A DNA stretch of 64,000 nucleotides from an uncultured Candidatus Woesearchaeota archaeon (GCA_903864915.1 CAIPHS010000004.1:3705-67704), one strand, 5' to 3'. Counted from the first letter of the stretch, positions 19,602-29,781 are shown. Numbers and translations are program-made. The notes: generated by a model not told the origin, from the letters alone.

Positions 19602-21957
19602 ATCCTTCAAGAGTTGTTTGCCCAGCTTTTAACTTTTCTAGGCTATAGCCAAATAGCTCGAATATTTTATAAGTTGCTCGCAAAAGCTGCTGGTTTACGT
19701 AATATTCTGGATCATAATCTTCAATTGAGGCGTCTTCAGCCAGCTTCACGCGCGAAGAGACCTTGTCGCCCCCAGCCACAACAATATAACGAACTGCGAA
19801 GCCTCTGCCAACTGCTTGACCTTTGTCCCGCGCAATTTTAGCAGCAACCACATGCGGGCCTTGTGCCTGATAGGTTTCCAAAGGTCTCGTCAGCTTTACG
19901 TTTATCACAAGGTCTTCGATTTTCACGTCCCTTTTTTCGATTTTACTTATCAAAGAATGTAAATGCTTCTCAGCCTTTTCTATGTCATTTTCTTCAAGCA
20001 AGATTTGCAAAATCTCCGTCTGGCCTTTCTTGGCAAGGTTTGACCAGTCGCCCCTTATGGCTTCCAAACCTCTTAGAATCAGGCTGCCACCTTCAGTCAA
20101 CAAAGCGTAACGCTTTTTCGCTCCACCGGAACCAGTTTTCCGCTCCAAAAACAATCCAGATTTATATTTTGCCCTGAACTCCAGCTCCATTGGTGGTGGA
20201 AGAATCGAGTTTATTATTGCCAGGAATTTCTCAGCATCAGCACCTTGCGTTTCTGCAAAAAGACTATCTGTATCACCATAAAGGACTTTGAAACCGAATT
20301 TTTCAGCTTCCCTTATCACCAAACCTATATACTTCCTGCCAAGTTCGGTTACGCCACTGGCGCATTCATAACTGTAAAATCGCGAGCCAGGGTAGCCCAT
20401 ATAACCATAGAAAGCTGCAGCAATGTATTTCAGAGCGTGCTGTCTTGCCATGAGTTCTGCAAAGGAAGCATCATTTGACGGGGTTTGCTTCAGAATCTCA
20501 TTTATTCTTTTTCTCCTCTCAACAAGGTCTTTGACAAGTGCGGGCATTAAGCCTGGCTTTTTGGAGCAAAACCATACTTTGGAATTTTCAGCCCTGTAGC
20601 CGCCTCGGAATTGGCAACACAGGCAGTTGATGGTTTCAGGGCTGATGTTGTGTGATGCGATTATGCTGGGGTACAGGCTTCTGAAATCGAAGCAGCATAT
20701 GTCATTGTAAAGGCCCGGTCTGGGCTCGACGACCAAACCACCAACATAACTTTTCTTTCTCCTAGCATAAATTTCTGCAGGAGAAGGTTTTTGCGGTATT
20801 AGAATTGTTGCATTCTTAATTATGAACCATTCAACTAATGCGCCGTACGTTATGTAATTTATATCCCTTAGCGCAAGGCCAGTCAGCTTGCTTAGCTCCA
20901 ACTGCACTGGCAATATTTTGTTTGCGACTTCAAAAGTGAGCTGCGCGTCAGTGAGATTATAATCGGACAGAAATTTCAGCTCTTCATCCAAGCCGACAGA
21001 CCATATTTCATTTATTTTTGCTGCACCAAGCTTTCCTAACTTGCCTTTCCCCAGCAATTTCTTAGCAACAAGGTCTAGTCCGTAGTTGTTTGTGTCCAAG
21101 TCAAGTATCCTCCTTGCGAAATAAGAGATGTCTATGCTCGGCAAGCCCGTAATTTTGGCGGGCTTTCTAGCATCTATTTCTATTTCAGAGTCATCCCACC
21201 CGGAATTCAACTTTATGTTATATTTTTTTGCCCTGGTAGCGAGGTAGGGCAAGTCGAAATTATCAGAACCATAGCCAACCAGCAATTCAGGCCTATTGTC
21301 TTTGATAGTCTGCACAAATTCTTCTATAAGCGCAGCTTCACTGTCTACAAACTTGACATTTTCAGGATTTGCGGAAGGAAAACGCTTCCAAGTTATTACG
21401 CGCTTTGTGTTTTCAGAATAGAAAGCAATCATTATTATAGGATCTTTTTTGGCATCAGGGTATGCCTGTTCGCTGGCTGTTTCTATATCAAACGCAAGAA
21501 TGCTTGGTTGGTATGCCACGTTAGCTGATTCTATGTGTTCTGCATTTACTGCAACATCTGCCCGGTATTTCATCTGAGAGTAGACTTCGCCCCTGACTTT
21601 GCAGAGTGTCGATGGGTTTACTTTCTTGTCAACCCAGTAACGCTTTTTCAGCGGTATGTCGCTGTTGTATAGTTTGCTAGAAATTTTCTTTGCAGTTCTC
21701 GCAACTTCTACGAAATCTTTCGGTTTTACGAAAACCCGAGTTAGCTCACCTTCGTATTGCGTATGTGCTATTTGCAGATTATTTTCCCTACAAGCATCCC
21801 TTAGTTTGAGCAAATTTTCGCGTGGCAAAAGGAAGTAAGGCACGTATAATCTGTCTAAAATTAAGATGCGTTTCTTGTCTTGTGTAATACCAAATATAAT
21901 CGCGCCCTCTTCAGCGAAGGCGATGTCTTGGGGGTAAAAACTTACTTCAATGGACAT
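19591..21957 (-). CDS. polB: Family B DNA polymerase
   Basis: Exonuclease FDIET and NFDLPYL; polymerase DFRSLYPSII, KxxxxxxYG, YGDTDS. Confidence 0.96.
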   Translation of the reverse strand: MSIEVSFYPQDIAFAEEGAIIFGITQDKKRILILDRLYVPYFLLPRENLLKLRDACRENNLQIAHTQYEGELTRVFVKPKDFVEVARTAKKISSKLYNSDIPLKKRYWVDKKVNPSTLCKVRGEVYSQMKYRADVAVNAEHIESANVAYQPSILAFDIETASEQAYPDAKKDPIIMIAFYSENTKRVITWKRFPSANPENVKFVDSEAALIEEFVQTIKDNRPELLVGYGSDNFDLPYLATRAKKYNIKLNSGWDDSEIEIDARKPAKITGLPSIDISYFARRILDLDTNNYGLDLVAKKLLGKGKLGKLGAAKINEIWSVGLDEELKFLSDYNLTDAQLTFEVANKILPVQLELSKLTGLALRDINYITYGALVEWFIIKNATILIPQKPSPAEIYARRKKSYVGGLVVEPRPGLYNDICCFDFRSLYPSIIASHNISPETINCLCCQFRGGYRAENSKVWFCSKKPGLMPALVKDLVERRKRINEILKQTPSNDASFAELMARQHALKYIAAAFYGYMGYPGSRFYSYECASGVTELGRKYIGLVIREAEKFGFKVLYGDTDSLFAETQGADAEKFLAIINSILPPPMELEFRAKYKSGLFLERKTGSGGAKKRYALLTEGGSLILRGLEAIRGDWSNLAKKGQTEILQILLEENDIEKAEKHLHSLISKIEKRDVKIEDLVINVKLTRPLETYQAQGPHVVAAKIARDKGQAVGRGFAVRYIVVAGGDKVSSRVKLAEDASIEDYDPEYYVNQQLLRATYKIFELFGYSLEKLKAGQTTLEGYGN

Positions 21958-22376
21958 TATGGTTGTGGATTTTCTTCCTGTTTTCTACCTCTAAGGACAG
22001 TGAAGAATCTGCTTAACTCCCTAATTATATGGTCAGAATCCTCGCGTAGTTTTTGCACAGTCAGTAAGAGCCTTTGTTCGTCCTTGACAATATCTTCAAT
22101 CATGTCGTAGGCCTTTGTTGCGCGCTGGAAATCTGCAAGTGAAACAGATGCGTATTGTGTGGCGCCCATCTCTTTAGCAACTTTTTTGGTCAGGTCGCCG
22201 AGCCACATATTCATAGCTTCCTTAACTTCAGAACGGATGATTTTATTCTTGATTTCATCTCTCATTAATCTTACAACGCGGGCTCTTGGGAAGGGAGAAG
22301 TTTCATCTTCTTCTACAGCATTTTCAGTTGGAGCTTCGTCTGGAGCGACATCAGCATCGTTTTGTTCATCTGCCAT
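21957..22376 (-). CDS. Histone-fold protein with acidic N-terminal tail and C-terminal coiled coil
   Basis: FPRARVVRLMR...EVKEAMN...VSLADF resembles the NF-YB/HMf histone fold; stop overlaps the polB start (TAATG). Confidence 0.7.
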   Translation of the reverse strand: MADEQNDADVAPDEAPTENAVEEDETSPFPRARVVRLMRDEIKNKIIRSEVKEAMNMWLGDLTKKVAKEMGATQYASVSLADFQRATKAYDMIEDIVKDEQRLLLTVQKLREDSDHIIRELSRFFTVLRGRKQEENPQP

Positions 22377-22469
22377 GATATAGGACACCAAAATAACCTT
22401 TTTAGGCTTTGCTATTAGGCGAAGCAGGTCGGTTTTTAGCCGTTTGCCGCCATCTTAACCTTTATAAAT

Positions 22470-22748
22470 ATGGTCTGTTTTATGGCCTTATGGAACGTGA
22501 GATTCGGTGCTGTAACAACCAGTAATTCCACAAGTAGCCCGGACTTCGAAATGCTTAGATTTTTGCCTGCAGACCAGAAAACTTTACAAATAAAGATGGG
22601 CTTTTCAAATAGAACTGTGCGGTACAAGCTTGCAAAATTGAAGTCTGTAGGTTTGTTGCGGGAAGTAACAGATTTAAAAGATGCGAGGCGTAAATTGTGC
22701 ATACGTGGGGATGGCAGATCCGCTATGCGACCGACTGCAGATCGGTAG
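22470..22748 (+). CDS. Small winged helix-turn-helix regulator
   Basis: SNRTVRYKLAKLKSVGLLREVTDLKDARRKL is a typical archaeal wHTH C-terminus; start uncertain. Confidence 0.6.
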   Translation: MVCFMALWNVRFGAVTTSNSTSSPDFEMLRFLPADQKTLQIKMGFSNRTVRYKLAKLKSVGLLREVTDLKDARRKLCIRGDGRSAMRPTADR

Positions 22749-22754
22749 AGCTGG

Positions 22755-23267
22755 GTGCAACTCCCAGTCCCCACTCTAAAAGAAATGGTAATCGAAAAAC
22801 AAATTGCTAAATATTTGTTCAAAACGCTCAAAGATAGCTGGGCAAATGAAAATGTCAAGATGACAAATCCATTTCCAGAGCTTAAACTAATTAATTCAAA
22901 ATCTGGCGATTGGCGGTATGTTGATCAATACGTAGGTGGAGAACCGTATCAGGGATTTGAAGTTATTTGGTTCAAAAATAAACCTATTTGGTCGATGACC
23001 TATAGAGGACTGTACCACGGTTCCGAGCCATATAAAAAATTCATAACATTTCTCAAAGCAGCTTTAAGCGCTGCACCAAAAGAAATGCCAGTGCGTGGGC
23101 CAAAGAAATTTGCACAAAAACAATTTGCAAACTGGTCATACGAAAATAGCTGGCGCGGTAAAATGAATGAATTCAAAGGAAGAGAAGAAGTCTTCTTTAA
23201 GAAAAAAATAGTATTTTGGACAGATTATCAAGGGGGCACAGTAAACCATGAGTTTGAAAATCTATAA
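22755..23267 (+). CDS. DUF5680-like protein
   Basis: YVDQYVGGEPYQGFEVIW...PIWSMTYRG and Y.NSW.G....F.G.E.V pattern. Confidence 0.7.
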   Translation: MQLPVPTLKEMVIEKQIAKYLFKTLKDSWANENVKMTNPFPELKLINSKSGDWRYVDQYVGGEPYQGFEVIWFKNKPIWSMTYRGLYHGSEPYKKFITFLKAALSAAPKEMPVRGPKKFAQKQFANWSYENSWRGKMNEFKGREEVFFKKKIVFWTDYQGGTVNHEFENL

Positions 23268-24621
23268 TACGTTGGGAAGGAAAAAGCAAGTCTTCAAGCC
23301 AATCAAAGATAAGCAGGTCGGCATGTATACGTGCGGGCCAACAGTTTATGATTACGATCATTTAGGTCATGCTTGGAATTACGTTGCCAGCGATATTCTT
23401 CGAAGAGTCTTGGAGTACAATGGCTATAAAGTTAAGCATGTCATGAATATCACAGACGTTGGTCACTTGACTTCGGATGCAGATACTGGCGAAGAGAAGA
23501 TGGAGCTTGCCGCAAGGCGCGAGCATAAGTCCGCGTGGAAGATTGCCGAATTCTATACAAAGATTTTCATGGAGAATAGGGAAAAATTAAACATACTGAA
23601 GCCGACCGTAGTTTGCAGAGCAACAGACCACATAAAGGAAATGATTGCGCTGATTAAAAAACTCGAGGAAAAAGGTTACACTTACGTAATATCTGATGGA
23701 GTTTATTTTAACATATCTAAATTTCCAAAATACGGACAGTTGTCCGGAAATAAATCTGGCGAACTCAAAGCAGGCGCGAGAGTTGAAGTAAACCCTGAAA
23801 AGAAAAGCCCATATGACTTTGCGCTATGGAAGTTCTCTCCCAAAGACAAAAAGCGCGATATGGAGTGGGATTCGCCATGGGGTAAGGGTTTCCCTGGCTG
23901 GCACATAGAATGTTCAGCTATGTCTATGAAATATCTAGGTGAGCATTTTGATATTCACACTGGCGGAGAAGACAATATTTTCCCACACCACGAATCAGAA
24001 ATAGCACAATCAGAAGCATCAACGGGCAAGAAATTTGTGAATTATTGGTTACATACGAGATTTTTGATGATTGAAAGCCAAAAAATGAGTAAGTCGCTTA
24101 AGAATTATTATCGCATCCAAGATTTGGAAGAAAAAGGCTTCAAGCCCCTCGCTTTGCGTTATTTGTTCTTAACAGCAAAATTCAGATCACCATTTAATTT
24201 TACATTTGAAGGCTTGACTGCAGCATCTACAACCTTAGAACGATTAAAAAATATCGCAGAGATGTTGGAAGATGATGGTAAGACAAACAAAAAGTACTTG
24301 GCACAATTTGAAAAGGCGGTAAATGACGATTTGAATACGCCAGAAGCCTTGGCTGTGCTGTGGAATTTTATCAGGGACCCTAAAGCAACCGGAAAATTGA
24401 ACACACTAGCAAAGATGGATGAAGTTCTTGGCCTCGATTTGCTGAAAAAAGAAAAGTCTGAGATTTCTGAGCATGTGAAAATTCTCATAGAGCAACGGGA
24501 AGAAGCGAGAAAGAAGAAGGATTTCAAGACTGCGGACAGGATAAGAAATGAACTGAAAGAGAAAGGAATTATTCTTGAAGACCAGCCAGATGGCGGCACA
24601 AGATGGAAAGTTATTAAATAG
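23248..24621 (+). CDS. cysS: Cysteinyl-tRNA synthetase
   Basis: YTCGPTVY, HLGH, GWHIECSAM, KMSKS. Confidence 0.97.
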   Translation: MSLKIYNTLGRKKQVFKPIKDKQVGMYTCGPTVYDYDHLGHAWNYVASDILRRVLEYNGYKVKHVMNITDVGHLTSDADTGEEKMELAARREHKSAWKIAEFYTKIFMENREKLNILKPTVVCRATDHIKEMIALIKKLEEKGYTYVISDGVYFNISKFPKYGQLSGNKSGELKAGARVEVNPEKKSPYDFALWKFSPKDKKRDMEWDSPWGKGFPGWHIECSAMSMKYLGEHFDIHTGGEDNIFPHHESEIAQSEASTGKKFVNYWLHTRFLMIESQKMSKSLKNYYRIQDLEEKGFKPLALRYLFLTAKFRSPFNFTFEGLTAASTTLERLKNIAEMLEDDGKTNKKYLAQFEKAVNDDLNTPEALAVLWNFIRDPKATGKLNTLAKMDEVLGLDLLKKEKSEISEHVKILIEQREEARKKKDFKTADRIRNELKEKGIILEDQPDGGTRWKVIK

Positions 24622-24640
24622 GTAAGTTCTTACTATTTTT

Positions 24641-24802
24641 ATGGGTGGGCCACACGCAGGCAGGGCAGGCACATGTGTTTATTGTGGTGGGATAGCTATA
24701 GATAATTGCCAGTTCTGTGGTGCATTGGTGTGCAAGCGACATTTAGATGCAGCTAGCGGAAGCTGTACTGGTTGTCTGGCTGGAAAGAAAGTTGAAGAAT
24801 AA
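24641..24802 (+). CDS. 53-aa small zinc-finger protein (not in ORF track)
   Basis: CVYC...CQFC...CKRH...CTGC gives 8 potential ligands (two Zn sites); fills the cysS-tldE gap exactly. Confidence 0.75.
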   Translation: MGGPHAGRAGTCVYCGGIAIDNCQFCGALVCKRHLDAASGSCTGCLAGKKVEE

Positions 24803-24803
24803 C

Positions 24804-26135
24804 TTACAAACCGCTTACGACTAATTTGTTAAAACGAACTGCTTTTGGCCCGTAATATCCTGCATCTTCTACAGTCTCTTTCGAATAGTTTGCATCCGCT
24901 ATGGCATCGAACACTGAGCCGACTAAAAGGCCACCCTTGAATGGTATCCTCTTGCCATCCTTAATCAAATAGCCAAGACGTATTTCTGAAGCAAAATCAC
25001 CAGCGTATGGGCTTGGATCGAACCAGGAGAAACTTTTTACCTCAATAACTGGTGTCTTGCCTTCGTATAGAGCGTCTGCCGATAGTTTTCCAGGCGAGAT
25101 TTGTATGTTGCCTAGAGGACCGGTAGGTTTAATTTTTAGATAATCCGCAAACTGCTTTCCACTAACAAGATTCTTCAAGATACCATCTTCAACTATCGTT
25201 AAATTTCGCGCAGGCACACAGCTAGCATCGAATGCAGAACTTCGCAGCCCCTGCGGAATTAGCGCATTACTTTTTAGCGTTAGTTTCTCACCTTTGAATT
25301 TTGCAATCGGCTTGCTCAATTCGAATTTAGAAACATTCATGTATTTGGCACGTGCTGATGAATTAGTCACAATCGGATTTTCACCCATAGTAGGTACGAA
25401 AAATTCGTGGATTGCAGGATTAGTTAGTACAACCGGACCCGTAAACGCTTCAGGATGGCCTGCGTTTGATACGTCTATTACCGTTTCCACTGCTTCCTTT
25501 ACAAAGTCACTGATGTTGAATTTTTCAAAAGTAGTCTCTGTCTTGTCAGCGAGAAATTCTACTTCTTCTCCTTTTCCCATCGTAGTAAGGATAAGCTCGA
25601 CATAAACCGCACTTTTTCTTTGTTCGAGCTCATGACCTTTGCTTGTCATAAGCAATGAATTTCTATCAACCGTTAGTATCTCCGCGCTTGTGAATTTTAT
25701 TTTTTTGTTTTTCTGTACCTCCATGCGTATCTTTTCAGAAAAATCCTCCACTATTGTTTGTATATCTCTTTGGCTTTTGTCAAAAATAGTGTCGTGTAGA
25801 TTTAATTTTATTATTTTTTCCTTCTCAGCAAAAGGTTCATAAAACGGATTTCTGGACAAGCTAGCAGCAAACAAAGCTTCATCGACCTTCTTTTTTATCT
25901 CAGATTCACTAAAATCAACTATAGTTATGGTGGCCTCACCCAGTTCCTGCTCATATTTTTTAAAAACAGTAACAATATAATCTTCTCTCATTCCGGTGAG
26001 ATAATTCTCATGTTGGACGTTCTTAGTTAGGTACAAATTGTATTTTTTCTCGATTATTTTAGCTATGACCCAATAATCTATTTCCTTGTTCTGCACTAGA
26101 ACTTTCTTCAGCACCGCTAGTTTATCTTTCTCCAT
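24804..26135 (-). CDS. tldE: TldE/PmbA family protein
   Basis: SSAFDASCVP, GILKNL, GDFASEI, GGLLVGS; no HExxxH; adjacent to tldD. Confidence 0.85.
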   Translation of the reverse strand: MEKDKLAVLKKVLVQNKEIDYWVIAKIIEKKYNLYLTKNVQHENYLTGMREDYIVTVFKKYEQELGEATITIVDFSESEIKKKVDEALFAASLSRNPFYEPFAEKEKIIKLNLHDTIFDKSQRDIQTIVEDFSEKIRMEVQKNKKIKFTSAEILTVDRNSLLMTSKGHELEQRKSAVYVELILTTMGKGEEVEFLADKTETTFEKFNISDFVKEAVETVIDVSNAGHPEAFTGPVVLTNPAIHEFFVPTMGENPIVTNSSARAKYMNVSKFELSKPIAKFKGEKLTLKSNALIPQGLRSSAFDASCVPARNLTIVEDGILKNLVSGKQFADYLKIKPTGPLGNIQISPGKLSADALYEGKTPVIEVKSFSWFDPSPYAGDFASEIRLGYLIKDGKRIPFKGGLLVGSVFDAIADANYSKETVEDAGYYGPKAVRFNKLVVSGL

Positions 26136-26137
26136 AG

Positions 26138-27514
26138 TTATCCGAGATCTAAATTTTCAATCAGCAAATATGGGCCGCCAGATGCGACTTCCACCCATTC
26201 CTTATGCCCTTTACCGCAATGCGAGGCATGTGTTATTTCGAATTCCTTTGAGACTTTCTTTATGTTACCAAGTATTGTTGGCAAATATCCAGTGACAGAA
26301 ACATTCCAATAATACTCATCTACTAATTTCCCATTCTTTATCTTTTGCGCCATACCTCTTTGCAATTGTACGCCCCAGCCCTTCGGGTCTTCCATGCCAC
26401 CAACTGGACCTATGAAGAAAATGCCATCCTTTACGCTGGCAATCATGTCCTTCAAAGAATCCTCGCCTTGTCCGAAGAATGTGGTAGACATTCTAGCATA
26501 ACTTTTATGGTCAAAGGACTGTGCGCGTCCGTTTGCAGACTGCTTTTTCCCCATTCTTTCGATAGAAAATGATTCAGTGATGTAATCAGTTATTACTCCA
26601 TCCTTTACCATGTAAGTTGGCTTAACAAATTCCCCTTCATCATCAAAAAAGTAATGTCCATATGCGCTTTCTATTGAGGGATCGTCGATAATATTTACAA
26701 AATCTGGGGCTATTTTGTCTCCTATGTGTTCGGCCATCTTTGCTCGGCCCTTGTACGCGGTGTCTGATTCAGCTCCATGCCCGAAAGACTCATGTGCCAA
26801 AACACCAGTTGGATCTGGGCAGGTTATTGTGGTGTATTTGCCTGGCTTTATCCTCTTAGCAACCTTTACGTGCTCAATTGTTTCGAGCACCTTTGCAATT
26901 TTCTCATCAATGTCTTTTGTCGCCTCGTAGCCATTTGCCAATGCCTGTTCGAATGCGTAACGAGTTGAGCCATCTTCAGCCTTTATGTAGGGTATTACGA
27001 GCATCAAGACGCGCTGCAGCCTTTGCGTCAAGAATTTATTTCTGGAGCAGAAGGCTTTGTAGGTAATTTCCTCCTCATAATTGCACCTCGCATTTTGCAA
27101 GTTCGAATTCTTCATTTTTTGAACTGCAGATTCGGTCAGCTTGATTTTATCTTCAAATTTTATACTGTCTGGACTAATTTTACCTTTCTCAGAGAAGTCT
27201 TTGTCGAGAAAATCTTTTGTCAGTGGTATTTCCTTATTTTCGGGCAGATTAGCCACAAGTTCTTCAGCAATTTTTACGAGATTTGCTTCATCAAGGTTTG
27301 TTGTATGAGTCTCATAATACTTATTGCCAGTATAAGCCCGTAGTTTTATGCCCCGTTCACTTACATTCTCAACGTCAACAGTGCTAAAATCACGGGAAAT
27401 TGCCAATTCTTTCCTCTCTATAAGCAAAACGTCTGCGCGCCTACAGCGCTGCTCCATAATTTCGACTAATTTAAGAAATATTTTTTTGATTTCAGAACGG
27501 TTTTTTAAGTCCAC
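26138..27514 (-). CDS. tldD: TldD family metalloprotease
   Basis: HESFGH (HExxxH), FFDDEG, NGRAQ...ARMSTT, CGKG...V.SGGP. Confidence 0.92.
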   Translation of the reverse strand: MDLKNRSEIKKIFLKLVEIMEQRCRRADVLLIERKELAISRDFSTVDVENVSERGIKLRAYTGNKYYETHTTNLDEANLVKIAEELVANLPENKEIPLTKDFLDKDFSEKGKISPDSIKFEDKIKLTESAVQKMKNSNLQNARCNYEEEITYKAFCSRNKFLTQRLQRVLMLVIPYIKAEDGSTRYAFEQALANGYEATKDIDEKIAKVLETIEHVKVAKRIKPGKYTTITCPDPTGVLAHESFGHGAESDTAYKGRAKMAEHIGDKIAPDFVNIIDDPSIESAYGHYFFDDEGEFVKPTYMVKDGVITDYITESFSIERMGKKQSANGRAQSFDHKSYARMSTTFFGQGEDSLKDMIASVKDGIFFIGPVGGMEDPKGWGVQLQRGMAQKIKNGKLVDEYYWNVSVTGYLPTILGNIKKVSKEFEITHASHCGKGHKEWVEVASGGPYLLIENLDLG

Positions 27515-27515
27515 G

Positions 27516-28199
27516 CTACTTAGCTAGTTTTACGGTTATTAAATTTTTTGTAAATTTTGATAGCGCAATTGGTTTTTTCCCGACAAGTACTGTATCTTCT
27601 ATCCTTATGCCCAGCTTGCCTTTCAAATAAACGCCTGGCTCTATGGCGATTACCTGGCCAGCCTTAAATATGTCAGCGGAACGCGGGGAAATGCCTGGCT
27701 TGTCGTGGACTTTTTTGCTTAAGCCATGCCCAACGGCATGTTTTAAATAAGGAGCGTATTGCCCGAGCAGTTTTGTGCCTAAATGGTCAATTGAGGAGCC
27801 CAAAGCTCCTGATTTGCTCGCAGATACGCATGCTTTTTGCGCATTGAGAACAAGATTGTAGATTTTTCTCTCCTTTTTTCCAGGCGTACCGATGAAAACT
27901 GTACGTGTAACATCTGTTGTAAAGCCAGAAACCTTGGCACCAAAGTCTATTACCGTAAAACCACGCACCAATCTCTTATTTTTTGGTTTGTGATGCAGCT
28001 CAAAAGCATTTTTGCCATTCGCTACAATAGTTGGAAATGATAAGTCTGCACCTCTTTTCCTCATTTGCCTATTTAGAAAATTTGCAATATCCTTTTCAGT
28101 CTTGAATTTTGGGAAATTTATTAGAGTTTCACTAATTGCCTCGTCATTAATCCTGCACGCTTTCCTTACAGCAGTAATCTGGTTGGCCATAGTCTGCAT
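27516..28199 (-). CDS. M24 Xaa-Pro peptidase, catalytic domain only
   Basis: IDFG, TDVTRT, GHGL, IEPG, GIRIED ligands intact; no N-terminal creatinase domain. Confidence 0.88.
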   Translation of the reverse strand: MQTMANQITAVRKACRINDEAISETLINFPKFKTEKDIANFLNRQMRKRGADLSFPTIVANGKNAFELHHKPKNKRLVRGFTVIDFGAKVSGFTTDVTRTVFIGTPGKKERKIYNLVLNAQKACVSASKSGALGSSIDHLGTKLLGQYAPYLKHAVGHGLSKKVHDKPGISPRSADIFKAGQVIAIEPGVYLKGKLGIRIEDTVLVGKKPIALSKFTKNLITVKLAK

Positions 28200-28269
28200 G
28201 CTTAGTTGTTTCTTATAATGTTTGCTCTGATTAGATAAATTTTAAATATGCCATAATTAATTGTGGTTG

Positions 28270-29220
28270 ATGAAAATTCTCGTGATTGGTGCCGCAGGTC
28301 AAATCGGCTCCGAACTTACAGTCGAACTTAGAAAAAGATATGGCAACAACAACGTCGTGGCGGGAATAAGGAAGACGCCGCCAAGTGAAGAGGTGAAAAA
28401 TTCAGGACCTCTGGAAATTGTTGATGCTATTAACAAAGACGAAGTGGAAAGAGTTGTCAAAAAGTATAGCATAGATACTGTTTTCCATCTGGCATCGCTC
28501 CTGTCTGCAGTTGGCGAAAAGAATCCAGACTTGGCTTGGGATGTCAATATGAACGGCTTGAAGAATGTGCTGGATTTGGCTAAGGTGTATGGTTTCAAGG
28601 TATTTTGGCCAAGCTCCATAGCTGCATTTGGCCCTGACACGCCCAGGGTAAAGACCCCGCAGACGACTGTGATGAACCCCAGCACGATGTATGGTATAAC
28701 TAAAGTTGCTGGCGAGCTGCTTTGTAATTATTATTTCCAGAAGTTTGGTGTTGATGTGCGCAGTTTGCGATATCCGGGCATAATAAGCTACAAAACTCTT
28801 CCAGGCGGGGGAACAACAGATTATGCTATTGAAATATTTTATGAGGCTATTAAGAAAGGAAGCTACAACTGCTTCCTGAAAAGCGATTCCACATTGCCCA
28901 TGATGTATATGCCTGATGCCATGAAGGCGACAATTGATTTGATGGAAGCAAACAAAGACAAAATTAAAGTCAGGACCAGTTACAATCTTGCAGCAATAAG
29001 TTTTTCACCAGAGGAGCTTTACTCCGAAATTAAAAAAAGCATACCTGATTTCAAGATTAAATATGCGCCAGATTTTAGGCAGAAGATTGCAGACTCGTGG
29101 CCGAAGATTATAGATGATTCCAAGGCTAGGCAGGACTGGGGTTGGAAGCACGAGTACGATTTGCCCGAAATGACCAAAGATATGCTGGAGAAATTAAGGG
29201 AGAAGCTCGGCCAAGCCTAA
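28270..29220 (+). CDS. tdh: SDR-type L-threonine 3-dehydrogenase / NAD-dependent epimerase
   Basis: GAAGQIG, HLASLLSAVGE, SSIAAFG, YGITK, GGGTTDYA, PMMYMPDA. Confidence 0.88.
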   Translation: MKILVIGAAGQIGSELTVELRKRYGNNNVVAGIRKTPPSEEVKNSGPLEIVDAINKDEVERVVKKYSIDTVFHLASLLSAVGEKNPDLAWDVNMNGLKNVLDLAKVYGFKVFWPSSIAAFGPDTPRVKTPQTTVMNPSTMYGITKVAGELLCNYYFQKFGVDVRSLRYPGIISYKTLPGGGTTDYAIEIFYEAIKKGSYNCFLKSDSTLPMMYMPDAMKATIDLMEANKDKIKVRTSYNLAAISFSPEELYSEIKKSIPDFKIKYAPDFRQKIADSWPKIIDDSKARQDWGWKHEYDLPEMTKDMLEKLREKLGQA

Positions 29221-29253
29221 AAACATTAAAAGGTTGATTTTGAAGGGTTTGAC

Positions 29254-29781
29254 ATGCCAGAATGCCTGTTTTGCAAAATAGCGAAAGGGGAAATTCCCGC
29301 AGCCATAGTTTACGATAGCAAGGATGTCATGGCTTTTTTAGATATAAAGCCCGCAAATCCAGGCCACGTTCTTGTAATACCAAAAGCACATTACCAAGTT
29401 TTGCCGCAAGTGCCTGACGAATTGAATGCTGTGCTTATGCAAGTAATCAAGATTATTGCTCATGCACAAATCGAAGCGGTTGGCGCACAAGGCGTTTCGG
29501 TAGTTCAGAGAAATGGCACTGTTGCTGGGCAAGTCGTGCCTCACGTTTATTTTCATGTGATTCCGAGGTTCAAAGATGACAAAGTTGTTGACACTTGGGA
29601 AACAGTCGATATGAGCGAAGATCAGCTAAAGGAAATCCAGGCGAGGCTGATAGAACATGCCAAGGCGATTGCTTCCGGTACAGAAGTCAAGCACGTACCA
29701 AAACTACAGGAACCTTCTTCGGCTCCAAAAGAGCCTGTGAAAAAGGAAAAGCCTCTCAAGGTAAAGCCACGGCATGGCTGA
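29254..29781 (+). CDS. HIT family protein (variant triad HVYFH)
   Basis: CLFCKI, FLDIKP...GHVLVIPK, GQVVPHVYFHVIPR. Confidence 0.9.
   Translation: MPECLFCKIAKGEIPAAIVYDSKDVMAFLDIKPANPGHVLVIPKAHYQVLPQVPDELNAVLMQVIKIIAHAQIEAVGAQGVSVVQRNGTVAGQVVPHVYFHVIPRFKDDKVVDTWETVDMSEDQLKEIQARLIEHAKAIASGTEVKHVPKLQEPSSAPKEPVKKEKPLKVKPRHG

Noticed and set aside
22436-22858. 140-aa minus-strand ORF
   Set aside because: Antisense to the wHTH and DUF5680-like genes, which have recognisable motifs
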